This document shows, piece by piece, positions 10,501 to 19,300 of a DNA stretch of 64,000 nucleotides. Positions within the stretch are counted from its first letter, which is position 1. Every line of letters begins with the position of its first letter. A program made the translations under genes and the position numbers. Source of the DNA: an uncultured virus (IMG/VR IMGVR_UViG_2061766007_000800). Lineage: Duplodnaviria; Heunggongvirae; Uroviricota; Caudoviricetes. The stretch lies in the IMG/VR virus record IMGVR_UViG_2061766007_000800, one strand, 5' to 3'. The notes beneath the pieces are model-generated. The model made no database searches. It was not told the DNA's origin and worked only from the letters and a program-made list of their open reading frames with translations.

Positions 10501-13293
10501 AATCTGGTTATCAATATCATCAATAGTATCCTCTAATGCCGCAATTCGACTTGCGGAGGTAACAAGTGATGCTCTTATATAGTTATTTGAATTTCCATTA
10601 TTGTACTTACTTGTAGGGTAAAGAGCGATAACAGGATTGTTTTGGTCTTGACCATATTTAGGTTTTAAGTTCTCACTCCAATCCCAAACATAATCATAAA
10701 CATCATCTGCATCGTCATTATATAAACCATTAGTACAATAGAAAGGTTTAGAACTATCGTAGTTAGGATTTGCCCCATCACTACTATAAACAACTGCATT
10801 AAAACCATCTTCCATAGTAGGAACAGGCATATCAGCAGTTAAATTCTCAACATAACTTATTTCAATAGGGTAATAAGCATATGTTACTATTTCACTATTG
10901 TCTTGAGTATTTGTTATCTGAATTTTAGCTTGTAACACACAAGCCTTAGATTGATTTACATCTGACCATCTACCGTAATTAGTATCAACTTCAAGATTAT
11001 TTCCATTAACTTTAAAGTATGGTTTAATATACTGTTGGTCAAACATTGTCCACTCAAGAACTGAATAAATTGTACTATCAAGTATCTGACTACCGTCTGA
11101 GAATACCTTAACCGAGAAACCTTCTGTTCTACCAAGAGGAAGAGAAGTAAAGACATTAGATTCTACTTTGTTAGTAGAAGGGTCTTTCTTATACCACTCC
11201 CCTGTGTTATTATCCCAAACTAATTGGAATTTATGAGGAATGTTTGCGGTATTAGTCTCTCCATACATAAGACCTTGATATACAATCATTGCGGCATATT
11301 TAGTACCATTAGTACCTTCATCACCATCCTTCATAAAAGTAAGGTTTGTAGTACCTTTTACTATATGCCCTTCTATATCGCATTTTACAGTTACTCTAAC
11401 TGTATTATCTCTTCTTGTTACGTCATAAACATTTCTTATAGAATAAGGAATTTCAAATCTACCACGACCATAAACTATTAAGTATTTACCATCTGCGGAG
11501 AGCTCGGTTTGAGCGTTTGAAGGAATATCAAATTCCATCAAAGAGTTAACAGGTAATTCCCATGTAGTCTCACAAAGTGCATATTCACTTTCGTTGAACT
11601 CTACTCCATCTTTTTTATAAATCTTAAAAGTGATAGGTTTAATTTGTCCTCTAACGATAGATGACAAAGGTCCGTCATAGGCCTCAGATGCTGGTGAGTC
11701 GCCATCCGCATCATACTTAAATAAGAAGTCTGAATTTTGCATTGATAAAATATAATCAGCATTAGATACTGTCATAATAGCAATGTTTTCACTTCCTATT
11801 AAGTTCATTTCACCATTCTCTAAACTATATACAGAACAGTTTATAACATTTAATCCGTTAAAAATGATAGAAGCATCAAAAGAAATTTGAGAGTGATAAT
11901 TTTCATATCCCTCTTTTATTGTTCTAACATTTTTCTTTACCCAAGTATAAAAGTCACTATCAAGCGGATTGCCTTGATAATCATATCTGAAAAATTTATA
12001 AATTAAAGTTTCTGTATTAGCTTTGTAGTAACCAGGAGCATAAGTAACATCTACATCTAAGTAAACATTACCACCACCATTAATTATAACTCCAGAGCTA
12101 GTTTCTACTTTAATTTTAATCTTTGAATCTAAATCCTCAATTTTTATCGTCTGACTAATTGAATTATCATTGTAGACGAGTACAGCTTTATAAGTGATAG
12201 ATGTTTTTATATCCTCTCTCGAAATTTCAAGAGAATGGTCAGTATTGCTAACTTTTATTTGTCGCCAACCTGTTCCACCATATCTATCAACCTCTGCGGA
12301 AGTAGGAGTTACAGCTGCATCTTCGATATACCAACGGATATATGAATCTCTCAATGAAACTTCTTTACCATTGATAAGAAGTGTTGGAACAATGGTCTTA
12401 GTATCATCAAAGCCATCTCCCGCAAAGAAATTACCTTGTGTAGCCTGTAATTTTAAATACTGTCCGCTTAAAGTTTCATTACTAAGAACTTCAACAGGAA
12501 AGAAACCTACATTTGAAATAAAAATATCATTTGTAGTTATTGTTTCATCTCTTTTGAAATTCTTTACAAAAGCCTTAAAACTGAAATTATTATGTAAATC
12601 AAATTGCGCATCTTCTTCAATCTGCACATATATAACTTGACTAGTAGGTGTCGTGAAGTTATATGGGTCACCTACCATTTTATCTATATTAAATACAACT
12701 TCTTTAGTATAGTTTCTACCTTCTTTAATGAGCGGAATGTTCATCACAAGACCATAGTCGCCATCTACTTTTTGATATATATCTGTTATATTTGTTCTGA
12801 CATCAAATTGAAAACCAAAGGTTTTATACTTCTCTAAGTAGTGATTACATATAGCGTTAAACTTATCTATTCCGCCATATGAAATGTAGTCAATATCTTT
12901 CTCCATATCGCTTTGATAAGTACATAATCCAATACCATCATTACCATTTAAAGTAACTAATGAATCTGCTACTTGAACATACTTAATATCATCATTACTG
13001 TCTTGGTATAATCCTGAATAAGGGCTTTTCGCGCCAATAATAATAAGTGTACCATCAAGGGTACCATCTTGGCTTAATACATATACCTTATCATCTTTAT
13101 TATATTTAATAGCTATATTATTTGAATATGCTTTTAATATTTGGTTCTCATAATTGATTGAATAAAGTCCGATAGAAGAGTCTATCATATCTATAACAAG
13201 AGCTTCAATAACTCTTGTTATTTTATTTTTCTCAAGAGTATCTTTAAATAGAATACTCATAGAGTCTAATAAACTTTCACTTATATTATTCAT
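7534..13293 (-). CDS. Large minor tail protein (tail tip or fibre)
   Basis: 1919 aa directly after the tape measure; central coiled coil; C-terminal IGGWTI/GIRLG/GAIGDF beta-repeat motifs. Confidence 0.7.
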   Translation of the reverse strand: MNNISESLLDSMSILFKDTLEKNKITRVIEALVIDMIDSSIGLYSINYENQILKAYSNNIAIKYNKDDKVYVLSQDGTLDGTLIIIGAKSPYSGLYQDSNDDIKYVQVADSLVTLNGNDGIGLCTYQSDMEKDIDYISYGGIDKFNAICNHYLEKYKTFGFQFDVRTNITDIYQKVDGDYGLVMNIPLIKEGRNYTKEVVFNIDKMVGDPYNFTTPTSQVIYVQIEEDAQFDLHNNFSFKAFVKNFKRDETITTNDIFISNVGFFPVEVLSNETLSGQYLKLQATQGNFFAGDGFDDTKTIVPTLLINGKEVSLRDSYIRWYIEDAAVTPTSAEVDRYGGTGWRQIKVSNTDHSLEISREDIKTSITYKAVLVYNDNSISQTIKIEDLDSKIKIKVETSSGVIINGGGNVYLDVDVTYAPGYYKANTETLIYKFFRYDYQGNPLDSDFYTWVKKNVRTIKEGYENYHSQISFDASIIFNGLNVINCSVYSLENGEMNLIGSENIAIMTVSNADYILSMQNSDFLFKYDADGDSPASEAYDGPLSSIVRGQIKPITFKIYKKDGVEFNESEYALCETTWELPVNSLMEFDIPSNAQTELSADGKYLIVYGRGRFEIPYSIRNVYDVTRRDNTVRVTVKCDIEGHIVKGTTNLTFMKDGDEGTNGTKYAAMIVYQGLMYGETNTANIPHKFQLVWDNNTGEWYKKDPSTNKVESNVFTSLPLGRTEGFSVKVFSDGSQILDSTIYSVLEWTMFDQQYIKPYFKVNGNNLEVDTNYGRWSDVNQSKACVLQAKIQITNTQDNSEIVTYAYYPIEISYVENLTADMPVPTMEDGFNAVVYSSDGANPNYDSSKPFYCTNGLYNDDADDVYDYVWDWSENLKPKYGQDQNNPVIALYPTSKYNNGNSNNYIRASLVTSASRIAALEDTIDDIDNQISMCEAVIVDKDGIRNKLNAFSESYLIEDWNRTLSRTTIIGTRERLLADCENLLNYIEEYKNCFGESLVPSPQYDYMTVYNDRKTWIQNALSIVANLLKTTNIADIPEANISDLDIELVPVTEALIVEEYGQGTFDQVARAVSAYNADLLNYVNDYDRLVHSISVYGTPQEELDRLHLVYTQVNNYVNDSNLTDLVALRPGEFTGFKSGLVSLLSRLEVVSSSTEYKDFLNKLQDLSSNYILGVDILNPAMEDQLSSDGDTVELYNLQARKADLEKLLTSLSAEHALIHIKPIIFSMNRYGYSFLNDWDGNKIYVDESGESYILSPLVGAGKKNRDNSFTGLLMGTVKEGNTEKTGLLGYSSGRRSILLDADTGRAEFGIAGSGQIIFDPSSKDKGVIYGGNFVRGDEQTGSGMMINLSEPSIEFGTGAFKVGPDGVAVIANSGQSGGWKIEPFELKSINEKIHLVSKDEDDNNKGKIYSNSHKNLSSTSPGFCLMEDGISIGKYFSYADDKLTLGYGNKKWEISANNTDPENENSYIRYGNTLTLDDNRPNTIYIGTDGIRLGNKFKVVREGTLELGNLGSNRKWTISSHIDSQNQEQAHISFNIDKFNFNEGETIPPTGVYLGTDGIRLGKFFTVDQRGNLSAKSGKIADFKIVDDALFTIENNEPEDQDFDTLVNNGVYLGSHGIRLGKVEEIDGETSYTFAVTRTGNLTAKKGTIGGWTITSNNIKGGVEGEGEITMKKDGEITGRSADGLKSWQLRRNGIIEGNGLRINGGSITIGSSFSVDETGQLVCKGARIEGIVEATEGAIGDFTIRNGALYTEYKYEIDTPGPGIHISSAGIAIGDAFKLDEYGDLTANSGTIGGITLDQNGLVVMDTTVTPPKVKFRINKNGSITTNYLTCNGGTIGGLEVSSNGLSFGDMEILKSGTIKIGDTSLSNGTVRTSTMEVSTNLRFLNRSCGYNEMRVVTDVIDGTPHFDTIHYMTMSAQ

Positions 13294-13322
13294 TCAAAGA
13301 CCTCCTTTTTTCTCCTATGATT

Positions 13323-13364
13323 TATTTGAAAAATCAATAAAGCAAAATTAGAAATTTTGCCCAA
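13323..13364 (-). promoter_or_regulatory. Candidate phage late promoter, TTGGGCAA-N28-CAAATA
   Basis: Bipartite motif with exact 28-bp spacing, found at 5 sites. Confidence 0.55.
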
Positions 13365-13370
13365 AAAATA

Positions 13371-13394
13371 AAAGGGGTGATTACTCACCCCTTT
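13371..13394 (-). terminator. Intrinsic terminator after tape measure gene
   Basis: aaaggggtga-ttac-tcaccccttt hairpin with U-tract on the minus strand. Confidence 0.75.
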
Positions 13395-13397
13395 ATA

Positions 13398-16300
13398 TTA
13401 GATACCATTTCTTGATACATATTGACTTGCCAAGTTAGGTAACTGTAAGATAGCCATTTGAATTTCGTCTGTTGCAGCAGTTGATGTAATTGGTGCATTG
13501 ATATTAAAAATATTTTGTTTTGTATTGTTTGTAGTTTCGTTTCTGGTTAAACCATACGCACTATCTGAAAATCTATTCATAAATGAATTAACTCCAGCCG
13601 CAATACTATTTTCAATAGAAGTTCCAAATGAAGCAATCTCTCTTATCATACTAACAGCAGATAAGAAGTTTGCAGTATCATCTGCATTAAGTACAAGTTC
13701 TTTACTATGTAACATAGCAAGCTTACCATCACCACCAAGCCATTCTCCGGTATATCCACCAGTATCATATTTACTTAAAACTTTACTGATTTTAAGATTT
13801 TTTAATCTGTTTTCAAGTTCAGATTTATAATTACCACCATATTGTTGAGCCAATGATTGTAAATTAATTCCTGCTGCGGTTGCGGCTGCGGTAAGACCTT
13901 CATCACCATTTACATTTTTATAAGGTAAACTTCCATATTGTCTTAACCATTCACTTATACTTGAACTATCTGCTGCTGAGTCTAAAGTTGCAAAAACTGT
14001 ATTAGCACCATATCCAATTAAAACATATTTTTGTTTACCATTAGGTGTAGATTTTACAGAAAACCATTCTGCAACAGGACCAGTCTGTCCAGAAGGTGTT
14101 GACGAAGGACTTCCTCCACTATTACCACCACCATCTCCACTAGGACTACCACCACCTGCATTAGGTGTATTAAGGTTAACACTAGCGTTTTGGGCTTGTC
14201 CCATAAGTCTTAAGTATTCCTTAATCTTATCAATAGCTCTAACGATAGAGTCCTTAACATCATCCCAAGAGTCAGCAAGGTCATCAACTATATCTTTCAA
14301 ATCATCAAGGTCGTTATCATTACATAACTCCTCAATCATATCTTTTAAGTCTTCTGTAGCATCTGTAGCTTCATTAATATTATAAACAATATCATCAAAG
14401 TCCATACCAGCAGTATCTTGTAATTCATCTAACTTATCTTCATATTCATCAAGATAATCTAAGATTTCATCAATAGCATCAGTTACCATAGCTTTAATAC
14501 TTGCGCCGTCATCGGCGTTCCAAGCATCTGCCATATCCTGTGCAGCTGTCTGCCATTCAGGAACTGTCTCACCAAGCATCTCCTCGATGTTGGTTCTGAT
14601 GTTATTATTATTATCCTCAACCGCTTTATAAAGGTTCTGGAAATCTGTAATATTGTCCGCACAAACCTGTTCAACAATCTCTTTCTGTCTAGCAGTTAAA
14701 TCTTCCATAGCGATAAGACTTGAATTAATAGATTGCTCAATACCATATGCGGCGGTTGCTGCCATGTCTTGAGCTGTGATATTAGCTTCAGCCATTAACC
14801 TTTCAGCGTGTCTCTCGTACTTTTCAGTTGCTTCTTGCATACGCTTTTCTTTCTCTTCTTGACTTAAAGTCATATCAGTAGAAATCTCGATTATAGCTTC
14901 CTTATACCACTCTTGTAAATCCATCATATCTTCAAGAGATTTTTGATGTGTTTCTTTTGCGAAGTTATAATAATCTTCAGTAGCCTTAATTAAGTCTAAT
15001 TGCTTATTAGCAACATCCTCTTCATCTGCTACATATTGGTATGTCCAGTTACCATTTGTATCTCTAGTAACCTTCATACTGTTCTTGGCGTTTTGAGCAT
15101 CCTCAAGTGCTAATTCTTTTTCTTTTAATTGTAATCTGTATTCAGCAGCCTTAATATCATATTCATTTAAATCTTCTTTTTTCTTTAATCTCTCTAATTC
15201 TTCTTCTTGGAAAGCCTTTAAAGCCTTCTGAGTCTTAGCACTGGCATCTGCCATTTTTTGCTCAACAGTTAAACCAAATTTTTCTATTTCAAAAATTCTT
15301 TGATTTTCGTCAAAATAACCATCGTTGTAGTCTTGTAAGTCATCCCATTGTTCTCTAACCTTGTCTATTCCTAAACCATTAGTAACTGACTTATCTAATG
15401 CGTCAACTGTTTCTCTAACTGCATTAGCTAAATCTTTTTGTAACAACTCTACATAATCTTCAACAGAAGCATTAAGGTTATTTTGAGCTTCAATCATTAA
15501 GTTATAATACTTTAATTGTTCTTGACTACCTTCTTCTGCGGCCTTCCACTTATCCTCCCATAAATCTTTTTGAGTTCTTAATGAACTGATTTCTGCGAGT
15601 TGATTTTTCTCTTGGTTCTTATAAAGCGTATTCATCATTGAATAAGCATCATCACCATAGAGTAAACCGATAAGTTTCTGTTGATGAGCAAGTTCTTTAT
15701 CAATCTGCTCATATCTTTCCATTTGGTCTTCAAGTTTATCATTAAGTTGGTCAATTCCTTGAAGATAAGCTTTATAAGCCTCTTCCCAAAGTTTCTTTAA
15801 ATCTGTACTGTCTTTCATCAAGCTAGAATTAAGTTCTTTTAACTTCTCCTGTGCCTGACTAATTGACTCGAACATGTCACTTTCTCCGCCGGCTTTAAGT
15901 TTATCTATCTCGGTCATAACATCTTGTATAGCCTTTAAGTCTACACTAATTATACCTTCGTCACCAGAATAGGTATTAGCTTTCTCAAGAATAGTTCCTA
16001 ATTCACTACCTAAATCTTCATATACTGCGGTAAAATCTTTTTCAATGTTATGTAAGAAATCTGCCCACTCTCTTTCAAGTGAACCCCAATCAACTTTAAG
16101 TTTGATTTCAATCTCCCAAGCTTCAAGATTATTAGCAAGAACCTGTCTTCTAATATCTTCAATCTTCTCAAGAGTATCTTTCATTTCAGAGTAGTAAAGC
16201 TTGTCATATCTTTCTACTTCTTTCTTAAAGTCTTCGTAGGCTTTCTCTTGAATCTTGAAAGCTTCTTCAGAGAGCATTCCCGCATTGTACTTGCGGACAG

Positions 16301-19300
16301 CTTCATTATATGCGGCAAGTGCTTCAGATGTCTTCTGTGCATAGTTAGTAATCTCACCTTCCGCATTAAATGTCATACCCTTGCTACCAAGAGTACCCAT
16401 TAATTCAGACTGTTCTCTCTTCTGTTCTTCAAATAAATCATTATAGGTTTTAACCTGTAATTTTAATAAATTATTTTTAGTTTTTAAAGAAGAAATCTTC
16501 TCTCTACCAAAAAGGTTCTTTTCTTTCTTCTCTAACTTATCAATAGCATCAGCAACCTTATCTATTGCTTTTAAGAATTCCCAATATCTATCAAAGTCGT
16601 CTCTGTAATCCTTTTCGTCTTTTTTGCTTGACTTTCCAGACTTCTTTGTATCTTTAGTAACATCAACATTTTCTGCTATATGACGAGCTTTAGCATAGTA
16701 ATTTTGTCTTTGACTCATTACATTTCTAAGAGCGTCTGCCTGAGCATCAGTTAATTCACCGGTACGGGTCTTCATTTCTATTAAGGCATCAACTTGTTTC
16801 CATAACTCAGATGTAGTATCTGCAACAGTACCCGCATAAGTTTCCATTGCAAAAATCTGTTCCCATTCAGTTGAATTTACGCCCTTCTGAACAGCATCCA
16901 TAAACAGAGCTTGTTGAGCCATTTCAGCAGAATTTACTTCTGCTACCGCTTGCGCTCTTGCTAACTCATTAAGTCGGTCTGTATTAACTTTAAATTGATT
17001 ACCTTCTACCTCAAGAGCTTCAATATAAGCAGGATTCATTTTAAGTAAATCTTGTAAAGTATCTACAGAAAATCCTTCATTTAAATTCCACTCTTTTTCT
17101 GCTGCGGATAATGCTTTATAAGCAGTTTGAATATCGTCTAAAGATTTATCATAATCTTCCGTAACTTTTTCTGCCTGCTGTCTAACTTTTAACCAATCTT
17201 GTGTTTCATTGTTTGTTTCTGTAATAGCATCATTTAATTTATCAATATCTGCTTTTACTTTTTGATAACCACTGCTTTGTGAATAAACACTCTTAAGTTC
17301 TTCTTCATTTATAATTTTTTTATTAACTAAAGTATCCCAAAGATTTTTTTGTTCTTCTGTAAAGGATTCTGTACTATTGCCAGCTTCTAAGTATGCTTTA
17401 GCTAAATTTTCAATTTCGTCTTCATTATAATTTTTATAAATTTTAGCATTATCATCATAATAATTTAAATCATTTGTCCAAGCAACAGCTTTATTATATT
17501 CCTTTTGAGAAAACCAATCTTTATTCTCTTCAAAAGCTTTATCTTGTTCTTCTTTGAGAATTTTATTAGCTTCATCTATTTGTCCTCTATAACTTTCTTT
17601 AATTTTGTCAGCCACTTCTGGTGGAAGACCCTTTTCGTTTTGAGTCCAAATAGCTGTTAACATCTGATTTCCATAGTTTAAATTTCGGAATTCATCTGTA
17701 TTTAAATCGGTATCTTTTAAAATCTCTTGAACTTCTTTAGTGTTAAAACTTTTACTCTCATTAGCTAAGCCAATAGCAGATACCATTTTTTGTTGTTGAG
17801 AAGCTTTTTCTTCAGCTTCAACAAATTCTTTGACTTCATTTTTTTCAAGATAATTTGTAATTCCATCTATATAGCTTTTAGCAGTTCCTTCTCCTAAAGT
17901 GAAAAAGATAGGTAAAAGAAGTCTTAATTCAGCTTCAGTTAAACTAGATAACTTCTCTTCTAATTGCTTATACTCATTTTCCATTTCTTCTTCGTTAACT
18001 TTAAAGTTAGCTGAAACTAAAAGAGTTTCTTCTAAAGCAACTTTTTTACTCCATTGAGAAGTTTCTGCGTTAATTCCACTTAAGGCGCTATTAGCCCAAA
18101 TCCTTGCTTTACTATAAGCATCTTCTCCATCAAAAAGATTATCATTTAAAGCATCTTGAGCGAGTTGATTTACCTTATCATAATAATTTTCAATAGAAGT
18201 AAGCGAACTTTCATCTACCTCATAAACAAGATTCTCTTTCTTTAATTCATTCATCTTGTTTTGAGCTTCTTTTTGAATTTCATATGCTTCTTGCATATTA
18301 TCTCTAATAGTAGTAAGTTCTTTTAAAGTTTCTGTATTAGCAAGATGAGCATTATCTTGAATAGCTTTATCAATAGCTTCATATGCGTCAACAATTTCAT
18401 CTTCTTCTATATGAAGTTGATATCCGCCAGGACCACCTGCTTTAAGGAATTTACTAATATCATTATTTTTTACATAATCTTTAAATTCACTATTTGCAGT
18501 AGGGTCTAAAGACCTAGAAATAACTTGATTATCTTTTCCAATACCTTTAATAACAGAAGCGATTGAGCCTACTGTACCATAGCCAGGAATAAAATTAAGC
18601 GCTCCTCCGGAACCAGTAAAAGTTTTCCATAAGTCTTGTCCAAAACTTGTACCTTGAACGGTGGCGGCTTGCATAGTAGCTTTTGCCTTATCTATTTCTC
18701 TTCCATAGTCAAGGATTAAATTTTTATTGTTTTGTTCAGCAATATTTTGCATTGTTTGACCAAGGTCTTCATAATCACCTCTTAATAATTGAAGTTTAAC
18801 ACTTTGGTCTTCAATATCTTTTGTTAAAGCTAAAACTTGATTTCTATATTCAATTTCAGTTATTTCATTTTTATCTAACTGAGATTTTAAACCAACATAA
18901 GAATCTCTTAAACTATTTAACTGTTGAACCTCTTTTTCTCTTTCATCAATTTTTTCTTTAAGAGATTTTAATTCTTCTAAACTTTTCTTAGTCGTTCTTT
19001 TTTGAGCTTCTTCTACAATAGCAAGAGTACCTACTAAAGCGGCTAAAGCTGCAATAACTATCGCAATAGCTGCAGCTGCTTGCGGTGCTGAAGAAATTAA
19101 ACCTACTAAACCTGGAGCGCCAGAAGCTGCTGCGCCTTCATTTTCCGCTACTGCTTTACTAGCATTGTTAAAGGCTTCTTGTTTTTCAGCCACCTTAGCT
19201 TCAGCCGCAGGTAAGCTAACTTTTTTAAGATTTTTAATTTTTTCTGCGGTTCTTCTATTAGGCTTAGTGTTAGCAGCTTTATTTACACTCTCTAATTCTC